From: Eledone cirrhosa
Taxonomy: Eukaryota
Assembly: GCA_964016885.1 (NCBI GenBank)
Contig: OZ024758.1
Location: 39,804,001 to 39,868,000 of the forward strand
Length of the DNA stretch: 64,000 nt
Reading direction: 5' to 3'
The notes under the pieces are model-generated. The model saw only the letters and a program-made list of their open reading frames with translations, had not been told where the DNA came from and searched no databases. Positions within the stretch are counted from its first letter, which is position 1. Every line of letters starts with the position of its first letter. Positions 22,664-35,782 of this stretch are shown piece after piece. Position numbers and translations under genes: made by a program.

Positions 22664-23887
22664 TAGTGACTATCAGACATAGTGTATCTAGGATCACATT
22701 ATCTAATGTACAGTACAGTAGTTAGTATTAGTGGCTATAAGACATAGTTTATCTAGGACTACATTATCTAATGTACAGTACAGTAGTTAGTATTAGTGGC
22801 TATAAGACATAGTATATCTAGGACTACATTATCTAATGTACAGTATAGTGGCTATCAGACATAGTGTATCTAGGACTCCATTATCTAATGTACAGAATAG
22901 TGGCTATCAGACATAGTGTACCTAGGACTACATTATCTAATGTACAGTATAGTGGCTATCAGACATAGTGTACCTAAGACTACATTGTCTAATGTACAGT
23001 ATAGTGTCTATCAGACATAGTGTATCTAGGACTACATTGTCTAATGTACAGTATAGTGGCTATCAGTCATAGTGTACCTAGGACTACATTATCTAATGTA
23101 CATTATAGTGGCTATCAGACATAGTGTATCTAGGACTACATTATCTAATGTACAGTATAGTGGCTGTAAGACATAGTATATCTAGGACTACATTATCTAA
23201 TATACAGTATAGTGGCTATCAGACATAGTGTATCTAGGACTACATTATCTAATGTACAGTATAGTGGCTGTAAGACATAGTGTATCTAGGACTACATTAT
23301 CTAATGTAGAGTATAGTGGCTATCAGACATAGTGTATCTAGGACTACATTATCTAATGTACAGTATAGTGGCTATCAGACATAGTGTATCTAGAACTACA
23401 TTATCTAATGTACAGTATAGTGTCTATCAGACATAGTGTACCTAGGACTACATTATCTAATGTACAGTATAGTGGCTATCAGACATAGTGTATCTAGGAC
23501 TACATTATCTAATGTACAGTATAGTGGCTGTAAGACATAGTATATCTAGGACTACATTATCTAATGTACAGTATAGTGTCTATCAGACATAGTGTATCTA
23601 GGACTACATTATCTAACGTACAGTATAGTGGCTATCAGACATAGTGTATCTAGGACTACATTATCTAATGTACAGTATAGTGACTATCAGACATAGTGTA
23701 TCTAGGACTACATTATATAATGTACAGTATAGTGTCTATCAGACATAGTGTACCTAGGACTACATTGTCTAATGTACAGTATAGTGTCTATCAGACATAG
23801 TGTACCTAGGACTACATTGTCTAATGTACAGTATAGTGTCTATCAGACATAGTGTACCTAGGACTACATTGTCTAATGTACAGTATA
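22664..23887. repeat. 52-bp minisatellite (~23 units)
   Basis: Unit gtatagtggctatcagacatagtgtatctaggactacattatctaatgtaca, with internal hairpin TACATTA-TC-TAATGTA. Confidence 0.96.
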
Positions 23888-23927
23888 GCAGTTAGTATTT
23901 GTGGCTATCATTATTATAGACTTCAAG

Positions 23928-24097
23928 TCGGTAGAGGGTCAGACGCCATGCTTTCCAGCATAGTTACGTCCCTTTACGATCTGAGTTCAAATCCCGCCGA
24001 GGTTGACTTTGTCTTTCATCCTTACGGGGTCGATAAAATAAAGTACCAGTAATGCACTGGGTAATTGCTGGCCTTGTGCCTAAAGTAGAAATAATTA
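23928..24097 (+). mobile_element. tRNA-derived SINE (second family)
   Basis: GAGTTCAAATCC B-box and 'CTTTCATCCTTACGGGGTCGATAAAATAAAGTACCAG' core. Confidence 0.85.
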
Positions 24098-24584
24098 TTA
24101 TAGACTTCAAGTAAATCTTTGTCAACTTACCTCCTTCACATATAATCAATGTGTTGTGTTGTTAGTTGTTACTAAACAACCAAAGAAATAATCTCTTTGT
24201 TATCAAATTAAAAGTTTCAAAGATGTTATCAGCTTTATTTCACGACATTAACGTTGGTGTATCTTCTTCATCTTTAGTCATGAATTGATATCTTGTCAGA
24301 ATGAAGTAGTGAGGCTGACTTTATGTCTTTAGCTACAGATTTGATAGGAAATATATATATATTAGGTTGATATGTGGTCTAAAATATATATATTGTCTAT
24401 AAATGACTGATAGCAGATGTTCTGGTGAAATAGTAGTTTTACTACTACAGATTGTAATGGAACTCTTAGTAGACACAATTGTAAAGTAAGAATAGATATG
24501 ACAGTGTAAGACTGATGTCGGGGAAATAAACTTGTGTATATATATATAATTGTTACACAAGATATAATTAGATTAATTAAAGTT

Positions 24585-24772
24585 ATAATTGTTTCTACTC
24601 TAGGCACAAGGCCAGCAATTAACCAGTGCATTACTGGTACTTTATTTTATCGACCCCGTAAGGATGAAAGGCAAAGTCAACCTCGGCAGGATTTGAACTC
24701 AGATCGTAAAGGGACGTAACTATGCTGGAAAGCATGGCGTCCGACCCTCTACCGATACTGCCAATTCACCGC
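24585..24772 (-). mobile_element. tRNA-derived SINE (second family), inverted relative to 23928-24097
   Basis: Near-perfect reverse complement of 23928-24097. Confidence 0.85.
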
Positions 24773-25670
24773 AATGAAGGCAGCAGGTACTCGGTGTCGT
24801 TGTGCATGTTTCAACTCTCTTCCCGGTGTCATACGTAAAAAGTCCCTGATATAATTTAATACCTTCAGACACAGTTCCAATCGTTTTTAGTTTATTGTAA
24901 ATCAGAAAGTATCACTCAATAAAATATCAATTATATATCAATAAGAAAACCTCTAGGTAGTCTCACTGACTGCTAGAAATAGCAGCGATATTACCCATTA
25001 CAACTGCTCTCTCTCTCTATATATATATATATACACACATATATGTACGTATGTATGTATATGTGTATATATGTGTATGAATGAGTGTGTATGTGTGTAT
25101 ATGTGTACATAGGGTTTTGGTATATGTACGTTTGGTGAACATATGTGTATTTACCTGTATGTATGTGTGAGTGTGCGTTCTATACGCATTTATGCGTGTA
25201 TATTTATATATGTATTTATAATTATATGTATATATACACACACGAACATATATTTATATGTGTATTTGGTGCATACAATCGTATGTGTGCGGGTATATGT
25301 GTTGCGCCGGTTTACGTCCGTGCGCGCCTGTTTATGTGTACGTATATGTATATGCATGCATGCCGTGAGTTTTCGCATATGCTCGTGTATAAATGTGTGT
25401 ATGTATATATTTAATTATTATTACTTTTATGATTTTAATAACATCTGTCATTTTCGTTCAACTAATTTATTTACATTATTCTGGACTCCGAAGCCGAGCA
25501 TCATTCAGTTTCCTTAATAGAATATTAGTCTACGACTCCATTTACACCATAAACGTGGTTTTGTCTTTACGTGTAATTGTTGTCACCGCTCCACATAACG
25601 ACGTATTATCTTCTTTTTCCCGTTCATTGCCAGGGAACGTCTTCACGAATCAAAGCATAAATTATTTTCA

Positions 25671-28600
25671 CGAGCTGACGTACCCGGCTTCGCCCGGGTA
25701 AACAGATGATAAAAGAAAAGGTCCCTATTTACTCCCTTCACAACTCTGTATGTTAGACTGACAGACAGGCACACAGACAGATAAACTGGGTGGCGATTGT
25801 GGAACGCCGCACGTATACACACATACACGCACACAAACTTACACACACACCCGTGCACTTACACACACGCACACACTCACACATGTTGATAGTTTTTACT
25901 TTCTGTGGAACGCTGCACGCACGCACACATACATAAACATACGCGCACGTACATACACACGCACACATGTTAATAGTTATTGCTTTCCTTCCCCTCTTAT
26001 TTCCACACACATCACACACACACACACACACGTCTCTACACTGACACATATACATAGTGTATCCAACACAGCGTTCACTTTGCCTCTCTCTCGCCTCTCT
26101 CTCTCATTGGCATTATACATATTAATTTAAGTTTGGCGTCGTTGAGGTGGGCGGAGTTGTTTGAAACCTATGAACCAATGATAATCGAGAATTATGACAC
26201 ATGGAATATTGACATTGTTGAAATTAATATATAGACTAGCTGACGTACCCAGCTTCGCCTGGGTAAACAGATGATAAGAGAAGACAGGTAAAAGAGAAAA
26301 TGTCTGTATTGGGTGTTTCTCTGGTTACAGTGTGAGGCGAGTCCGTGGTGTCTGTGTGATACAAAAAAACAGTAAAAATAATCTTCCAGATATACCAGAT
26401 TCTTCGTTGTCCGGTTTGTGCATAGTATATGAACAATTCTAGGTGCTCCCACCTAGAATAGTGACCTCTAGGAGATGGTTCCTCTTCTGCCTGACTGGAA
26501 AACGTGTATCATTGCATAGACGTGGTTGTTCCACGTTTCTCAAAAGGATGATGGAAGTTCCAATCTGTTATATTATATGTAGATATAGATATAGATAATT
26601 AATAAAAAAGATGTCCGTCAATGTAAAGAAGGTCCCTATTTACTTGAAATGGTTTATACAAATGCCAAATTAATATGGATATGGATAACATGCTTATCTA
26701 TAAGTGGTCAGCTATAATAATAAACCAACAAATTATATGACACAAACATTTATTCAGTAATTTCCAGGCTCTTAGCCACTGAGTAATAGACAGTCAATAT
26801 TGCCCAGAGTTCAACTCGGGGAGGTGGCCTGGTTTAAACTCAAAATGGCGGATCCTTCTACTTCGAAAATAGAATCGTTTTTCAATATTACTCTAGCCCT
26901 GGCCGGCCATAGGCACCAAACTTTTTGCCAGACTCAGCATATGATGAGGTTCTATTACCACTGCAATCAGAAGCGATAAATTTGAAGGCAATTTCTACCA
27001 ATACTTGTTGGTTTTTATTGCTCATTATCGACAATAAATGACATTGAACATAAATGATAACTCTGCCAAAGCTCACAATACAGATGAAAGGAAACCAATG
27101 TCCGAATCATATACGTCACTTATCGATAGCATTAAAGATATGCATACATCAGCTCAAAGCTTCATTATAGACAATATTTAGGTTTGTTCCTCTGTTAGTG
27201 GTATCAATTGCAAATTGTATACCATCAGGATCGCACACTCGAGATGCAGCAACATAGAGTTGCCCATGGCTGGATCATTCAAGCAGACACCGACTCGCTT
27301 GAAAGTCTGTCCCTGTGCCTTGTTGACAGTCATGGAGAAGGCCAAATTGACGGGAAACTGTCTCCTTTGCCAAATAAATGGCAGCAGATCTTCACTTGGT
27401 CTCAGCATGATCCTCGGAATGAGAACCGATTCCTCTCTGCCTGGGAGTTTAGCTTCTAAAACTCTTCCATTAATCAATCTCTCAACAATCAATCTGGTAC
27501 CATTGCAAAGACCCATTTTATGATTGATATTTCTAAGCAATATAATCGGCAAACCCTTTTTCAACCTCAAAATATGTGGGGAAAATCCGGGTATTTGAAG
27601 TGAATTCAGATACTCAGTCGGAACATCCATACTGTTCTGCTGATTAGGCTCCATTGCATCCGCACTGACGGTCAACCATTCCTCTCCAGGAAACATTCCG
27701 GCTACTTGTGAATTTATTTCATCGACCGTTGCATTCGTATGAGTTAGAATAACACGTTCCGATATTCAGGAGATATTCTGCCAAAAAGTTCTGTCCAATG
27801 CCTCCAGCAAATATCTGTGTGCCATTGGAGCCTTGTCCCAAATAATCAGAGACGTATTGCGTATAAGGCCCGCGAGTTCACTTTGTCCTGTAATATTACA
27901 GAAACTCAACTCATCTGGAGCCAATGGAGCCTTGAAGCATGAGTGGAAGGTCCTTCCACCACTCAGCAAAGTGGCAGCGATGCCCCTGGTGGGCACAGGG
28001 AGAGCAATCTTCCTCTGAGCTCTGACTGCCGATAACATAGTGTTGAAACAGAATGTCTTTCCGGTGCCTCCTGGAACATCTATGAAAGCACAAAGTTGCT
28101 CATTAGTGGAAATCGAGTGGAGAGCGCCATCAACCAATTCTCTGTGAGATTGGGTCAACATTGGCATACGTTCATCCACAATACGTTGCTGTTCCAGTGG
28201 AACAAACTGGAATAGTTCCCTCCGATCGAGTGGCAACCGTCTAAGCTGCAATCTCATGTTCAATGCTAAGACACGTTGCCGCATTTCTTCATCAGGAATT
28301 GGTAAATTGAAATCTGTTAAACATTTCAAATGAACTTCGAGCAGTTGCTCAATATTGAGCAAAACAATAGCCTTCATCAAATGTTCATCATAGACCTGAA
28401 GATGATGCCTAAAATCATCAGCCATAATTCCCCAATGGCGTTCAAATAACTCTCTTGGATCGGCAGGATTGCAGAATCCTAGAATCGTGACAAACAACTG
28501 CCTTATTCGAGCTGGCATCTGTGTTGTTCCTGCAGCTTCCATGGCGTTATTCCATTCAGCGTCATCCTGAAGGAGTCCCAGATGCTGACACACAGCCTGG

Positions 28601-31600
28601 TATCTTTTATATTCCACGGCATTGATTGTTTTCAAATCAGCGAAGCTCTGTTTACCTCTCGAAAAATCACTATGCAACAGAATTCGGAGATGAAACACAT
28701 CACCAGATGCTGGATGGACATTACAAACCAGTCCAATAGTCATGAATCTCAACTTTTGTTTTCTATCATTCCATTTCTTTCCCTTCTTATCCCACGTATA
28801 GTGCGAAGGGAAATCGCAGTAGAGTTGCTTTTGATCCGGGTTCAAAGCATGTTCCCTATTATGCTTGAACCACTCAGTCAATTCCGTCTTAGGAGGTGGT
28901 GCGTTAGCAATTCTTTCGGCACCTCTTCTAGTGTCCTTAAAACAGACCATTTGCCTATTCTCTAAGTAAACCGTCAGTTTCTGAACGCTGGGTTTGCGTT
29001 CATTGAGATCAAAATCGAACAATCTCCAGCAAGCTTCGCTAGATCCAATCAAGCGAACATCCTGGAACCTGCCAACTTCATCTCCTTGGTTCGCTTCCTC
29101 ATTCCTGACATTCATCATTGCCCCATCATGACCTTTGTAAACATATTTGAATAGATATTTGCAAGCTTTCACTGAGCTACAAATTTCCACATTAATATGA
29201 CAACGATATTTCATAATCAAATATGGATTGTATGGCACAACCCATTGATTTGTAACCTGTCGACCGTTTACATTTCCGACCAAACCGCCATCGGCAGGCG
29301 ACCGTCTTCTGTATGAGGGATGACATCCCCATCATTCCAGGAAGTGTTCGTGACAAAAGATTTCGGAAAGTGCTTACTGCATTGGCCATTTTTCATGCAA
29401 GGCGCTTTCCGATTTGCCACTCCGCATTGGTTGTGCACCATTGACTTTGCCACCAAGTTGCATAGTGCCTCATTCTCCGGCAGTTCAGCACACACAATGC
29501 TGTCGACATCCTCAGCACATCACAATTTGCAATCTCTATGTAAAATGATCAGCAAATGTGCATGTGGCAATCCTCTTTTTTGGAATTCAATTACGTATGT
29601 AAAAGCAACTATACCTCCAAAGATTCCCTTTTTTTCCACATCATCCATTATCTTTTTCAGATATCCTTTGAATACTCTTGCCACAATATCAGGACGGTCC
29701 TTTGGCTGTTGTCCTGGCAAAAGTGAATCCTTAATATCAGTCCATTCAGGATTGCATGTAACTGTTATAAACAAATCTGGCTTTCCAAACTTTCTGACAA
29801 TAGCCATTGCATCCTGATAGCGAATGTTCATATATCTCGGGCCGCCGATGAACGACGATGGCAAAATGATGCGTCGACCAATTTGCTTGTAATTGGCATC
29901 ATCGGCTGTTATCGCATCCTGTATATTATTATACAATTCAGCTCTGATATGTTGCTGATGTGTAGCTATATAATTTAGCCTTTGATTTTCGATCTTTGCG
30001 TATGCCATACAACAGTATTCCTGGAACAATCTGCTGGCTTGAAATAGCGCATTTCTCTGTTGATTCCTCTCGTTCAAATGGAACGCGTAAAAGTCGCAAA
30101 TCGAATTATTGTGTCTATTGCCACCTCCCTGTTGATGCTGATTCTCATGATCATCTAAATGAACAGACATGTTCCATCCATTTTCACCTTTTGGGAATAA
30201 AAGAACATAATGCAATGGATGGTATGTCCTATTTGACTCATTGATAGTTTTGAGACCACCATCTCTGCGATTGAGGGCGATATCTCTCGATCCAGGCTTA
30301 TCGTCCATCAACACAGCAACTTCACGAAATCCTTCAGGGGCATTATATCGCCGTTCGTGTTGATTCCTTGGCACTGCGTCAGCCTTAATCACCAATGTTT
30401 GTTGCTGAATATTTTGCAGTTCAGCCACCAACATGAAATCCATAACATAAGGATTACACTGTCTAAGCCATGATTGCAAATCACGGATCAAATCACTTAA
30501 CCTTTGCCGTTCAAGTTCAGTTATATTTCCCGGCAACTTCATCCAACCGATCCTGATATCCTCCTCCGATTCACTATAATTTGGATCGTTAATGTAAATT
30601 TGAGCGAATCAAGGCCTCTCCCCTGGGGTAACTTCTAAATTACCGATACAATGATACAAACGGCATTGAATGACAACATTCGGTTGCCATGCTCCACTCT
30701 CAAACATCTCACTAACTCTCTGCGATGCTAAAGCTAATAAATTGTTAATTTGCCGCGAATATTTGCACAGTAATCTACCTCGGTCTCATTGATCACCCCA
30801 CATACTTAGTATTTTAAACTCCGGTGACTCCCCATCATCCGGCATTCGCAAGGGTTCTAGTTGAACTGCTCCTTTGTGACAGCACATTGTGGTCCACGTC
30901 TTTTCGTGCCACCAAAGCAATGCTCCACAATGTGGAGACCCTGCTCGTCCACCAATCTGACAATGACACGGTTGCCATGATCCATTTTTAATATCATTTG
31001 TTCGCCTTCTAGCCTCTTTACTGGAATGAGGAGCACTTTGCGACGCATTCCTTGAACTTCTGTATTGCGCTGGCGCTGTTCAGCCAGCTCCTCTTCATCC
31101 ATCGGAGCACGCCATTGCTGCTGAATTCTGGCCACCTGCTGATGATGCTCAGCCAGTTCGTTTTTCAACCATCGCAGCACTCCGTCGCCGCTGTAGTTCA
31201 CTGTTTGATAAAGTCGAATTGCTTTTCTTATCAGTATTCATTTGGAGCAATTGTAAAAAAAATGACACAATAATAAATATAAAAGATGTCCGTCAATGTA
31301 AAGAAAGGTCCCTATTTACTCCCTTCACAACTCTGTGTATGACAGACAGGCACACAGACAGATAAACTGCGCGGCGATTGTGGAACGTCACACGCATACA
31401 CGCATGGAAACGCGCACACACACGCAAACTTACACACTCACACATGTTGATAGTTTTTACTTTCTGTGGAACACTGCACGCACGCACACAGACATAAACA
31501 TACGCGCACATACATACACACGCATACATGTTAATAGTTATTGAACACAGCATTCACACTCTCCCCTCTCACTCCCTCATTGGCATTATGCATATTAATT

Positions 31601-31708
31601 TCAGTTTGGCGTCGTTGGGGTGGGCGGAGTCCTTTGAAACCTATGAACCAATGATAATCGAGAATTGTGACACACGGAATACTGACGTTCTTCAAATTAA
31701 TATATAGA
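25671..31708 (-). mobile_element. Composite Helitron (RepHel module plus two non-autonomous units)
   Basis: 5' A|TC at 31708. 3' hairpin ACCC(G/A)GGCGAAGC(C/T)GGGT followed by CTAG (26236) or CTCG (25671). RepHel ORF fragments inside. Confidence 0.9.
27178..31201 (-). pseudogene. Helitron RepHel (HUH replication initiator + Pif1-like helicase), disrupted
   Basis: LFITVTCNPEW, EFQKRGLPHAH, KYLFKYVYKG, GGTGKT, FSMTVNKAQGQT. In-frame stops, frameshifts and a 360-bp deletion at 27788/9. Confidence 0.95.
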
Positions 31709-32505
31709 TATATATATATCATCATCATCATCATCATCATTTTACGTCCGCTTTTCTCTGCTTGCAAGCCATGTGCCTCTTCCTATATATACATATATAC
31801 TATATACATATACACACATATACATATATATATGTATGTATATATATATATGTATATATATATACGTACTTAATACATGCATACATTTATTTTTTAAAAA
31901 TTAATTCAGTTCTTAACACGCAGGATTAAAATTGTTTTTTAAAAAACTAATTAACCCACGTGTATATTATTTTACTTTCTTGTGTTTCGCGATTGCCTCT
32001 CTTTTACGCTTTGTGACGCTGTGAAATTCCTCAGTCTAGGACTGCTGGAATTTCAAATTTGGCGGTCATTATGATGCGTGAAAGGACGACTTAGCTGACA
32101 CGAAAAATAACTGCGGTAAGAAATTTTTTCTTATATCAATGTTTGAAGGGCATCCAGTGATGATTTATAAGGCCCACCTGCATATGTTCTTACAGAAAAA
32201 TATGTAGGCTTCTACATAAACCGGAAACATTCTCCCAACTTGTAGAAAACTTATAATGAAACAATTGTTTGGAAAGAGAGATATATTTTAATTTTAATTA
32301 TATCTTATATAAAATAATACAACTGGCTTTCCACAAAATACATATAGTTAGCACCCCAAACACAAAATTGGGATTATACTAAGGTATATCCTAATGTTTG
32401 TTGAGTGAGATGGTAGCCAGTCAGAGTTTAGCTTAAAGCTTTCTCTGTTATTGTATTAAATATATGTATATATATATATATATATGTATCTATATATATA
32501 TATAT

Positions 32506-35464
32506 CACCTTGATCGACCAGTCTGTCGGGCGTCCATTCGGCGCCGCTGGTCACAGCACGCCGTCCATTCCTCTCTGGATCGTGCTTTCCTCATCCATCT
32601 AGTCCCAATCATATTCCTAAAATGATCTGCCACCTTCATGGAGGCCTTCCGAGTGGTCGCTTCCACTCGCACGGGTACCACTCGGCAACTGCGCAGGTCC
32701 AGTGATTATCGGTGAACCGGGCGACGTGTCCAGCCCATCTGAACTTGCTGCGTATATATTGCGCGATGACGTCCCTCACACCGGACTTCTAGCATTGATC
32801 TCTCCATGGCTCTTTGAGCCGTTACCAGCCTCTGCTCTTCTCTCTTCGTTGTAGCCCAAGATTCACTGCCATATAACATTGCAGGTAAAACTGTGCTATT
32901 GAAGGGGTTGGCGCGGGTGGTCTTGTCCAACCTCCCCTTGAGCACATCCCTTATGCCGCTGAACGCCTTCCATCCGGCCCTTACTCTCTGCGAGATCAGC
33001 CTCTCAATGTATTGGCGCATGTTCACTTCTTGTCCTAGGTAGACGTATTCCTCCACCTCCTCTATTTCATCACCGCCAACCACCATTCGACCTGTTGGTA
33101 CGTTGTCGGACCGCATGAAGTTCGTTTTCATGCTGTTCATCTTGAGGCCTACTGCAGATCTTTTGATGTCGAGCTCCGTCAGCATGGTCTGAAGCCGATC
33201 CGTGGTTTCAGCGATGAGTACGATGTCATCAGCGAAACGGATGTGGGTAAGTATCTCCTCATTGATGGTGACACCGCCTTGCCAGTCAATGCCTCTGATG
33301 ATCTGCTCGAGACACGCGGTGAAAACTTTTGGAGAGATCGTATCTCCTTGCTTCACTCCCTTCTCGACCGGCACTCGTACGGGTGATGACAGCAGAGCTG
33401 TGTCGGTGGTGCATCCGGAATTCGCCTCCTTGAGCAGTTGAACGTATTGCGTCTCGACTCCTTGCCTCTGCAGCGAGTTCAGCACTGCGTTGATTTCGAC
33501 GCTGTCGAAGGCCTTCTTGTAGTCTACGAACGCGACGCAAAGAGGCATCTTGTACTCTTTTGCTTGCTCAAGCAGTTGTGTCAGAGTAAATATGTGGTCC
33601 ATCATGCTGTAGTTCTTCTGGAAGCCAGCTTGCTCTTTCGGTTGCTGTTCGTCCAGATGATGTGATAACCTGTTCAGGATTATCTTCGTGAACAGCTTGT
33701 ACACGTGAGACAGCAGGAATATGGGTCGGTAGTTCTTCAGATCTTCTCTATCGTCCTTCTTTTATAGCAGGATCGTATTCGACTCTTTCCACTGCGAGGG
33801 TATTCTTCCCTCGTCCAGATCGTGTGTGAATCGCTCGGCGAGGATTTTCCAGAGCTGCTCTCCGCCTGACTTCAACACCTCCGATGTTATGCCGTTTTTC
33901 CCTGGCGCCTTTCCGCTTTTCATCACGCCGACGGCTCTTTCGACCTCACCGACAAGGATGGGTGGCACATTTTCTTCCTGTTGGAGTGACGGCAACGGCT
34001 GCACATTCCGGGCAGACTTGAAGAGCTTGGTGTAGAAGTCTTCGTAAATCTTTTCCATCTCATTCTTGTCGCTGACCGGTACTCCAGCTGTGTTCTTCAG
34101 GGTCGTCACCTCCGATCTGTACATTGCCATGTCCGTCTCGCATTTCTTGAGGTTCTTCTTTTCCTCTGCGGCCTTCAGGAGCTTCCCCATCCGGTATGCC
34201 TCGAAGTCACTCTTCAGTTGACGCATCACTCTGCTGAGAAGGGAATATTCGAGGTGATCTTCAGCTGTCCCCTTCATAATCTTCCTCTTCTCAAGCAACT
34301 TCATAGTTTCCTCCCAGACTCTTCCCTTCCACTCCTTCGGGCACACACCCTTAGCCTTCCTCAAGCACTCCTTCAGTTTCCTTATCAGTGAGTCGTAGTC
34401 AGCGTCTATGCCGTCTCCTTTACACCACTTTTCCTGCATGATGGCTTCCTGCTGCTGCGCCTCGTTGAAGACCCAGACGCGTTCTCCCTTTGCCGCCAAA
34501 TGCAGCGCCTTCTTCTCCCTCGTCCGATCGATGACGACCTTCGCCCTCACCAGACGATGATCACTGCCAGTGTTAAATGGCGTTATGACGGAGACGTCCT
34601 GCAGTATACGTGGCTTGTCGACCAGGATGTAGTCGATCTCGTTTCCGTGCTCAGAATTTAGCGATACCCAGGTCCATCTTTTCTCCTCCTTCTTCCTGAA
34701 TAGGCTGGTTCCGATGTAGAGCCGTCTCATCTCCGCCATGGTGACCAGACACTCTCCTCTCTCATTTCGATCTCCTAGGCCGAATTTTCCTACATACTCT
34801 TCCCCTTGCCGTCCCTGTCCGACCTTTGCGTTGAAGTCTCCCATCACGACGGTGTAAGTGGACTTCACAGTTAGCACTTTGTCTAGCTGGCGATAGAATT
34901 CTTCCACTTCCTCGTCGTCGCTGGCACTTGTGGGAGCGTAGGTCTGGATGATCTTGAGGGTGGCCTTCCCTGAGAGGTTTACGTTCAGTACACCAATCCG
35001 TGACGATATGAACTGGCAAGAAGCGACCTTCGAAGCCCATTCCTTGCTTACGATAAACCCTATACCAATCTGGCATCCTCTGCTTTCCCGAGTCTCACGG
35101 CGTATCCATCTTGCCATCGGGAATTCTCCTCCTTCTTCTGGCGGGTCTCGCACAGCCCTAACACGTCCCACCTGATCTTCTTCTTCTCCTCCATTAGGTG
35201 GTTCAGTCCTTGCCCCCCTGCCAAAGACCTGCAGTTGTATGTGCATATGGCAAGGTTAGTCCTGTTCCATGGCGGCCTTCGGGAACCTGTGATTCTTAGC
35301 AGCCTTTCGTCGCTCGGGTTGCACTCCGCCGTCATGGAGTAGCCCGATTGACTCGCAGGGTACTGAGGCCCTTTTCTTCGTGCTGTTTTAACCATAAGAT
35401 GACGCCATCCTATTGGCTGGGCGGGCAGGCCGGTACCTCTTCAGTTTAGCTAGCTTTTGAACTC
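32506..35464 (-). mobile_element. Near full-length RTE-clade LINE (APE + RT), frameshifted
   Basis: CTYNCR, YAPTS, MGDFNAKVG, IDYIL, SDHRL, QAGF, GVKQGD, RFADD. GC-rich, embedded in (TA)n. Confidence 0.95.
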
Positions 35465-35739
35465 TATATATATATGCAAGTATGTATATGCAAGTATATA
35501 TATGCAAGTATATATATGCAAGTATGTATGTATGTATACATACATACATATATGTATACAGACGTACAGTAGTATGTATATATATACATACATGCACACA
35601 TATATATATGTACGTATCAGTTTACCGAACATTTATTATAATGTTCGGTTTGTTTGTTTGTAAACAAACAAACAGCCCGAATTACGCCGTACAGTGTTTA
35701 GGCAACCACGTCACCTTTTTGTTCAACACTGACACAGGA

Positions 35740-35782
35740 ACGATGTACTAGTTTCAAGCTTATTAGCTATCATCAGCACCGT
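35740..35782 (-). ncRNA. Minimal type I hammerhead ribozyme motif
   Basis: ACGGTG CTGATGA T AGCT AATA AGCT T GAAA CTAG TA CATCGT, with palindromic CUAG in the stem III position. Confidence 0.75.

Larger units (their letters stand above)
20479..35189 (+). repeat. Segmental duplication, copy 1
   Basis: Collinear and highly similar to 50291-64000, including unique spacers, SINEs, Helitron and RTE. Confidence 0.97.

Noticed and set aside
35280-35464. HDV-like ribozyme at the RTE 5' end
   Set aside because: Could not assemble a convincing nested double pseudoknot by eye.
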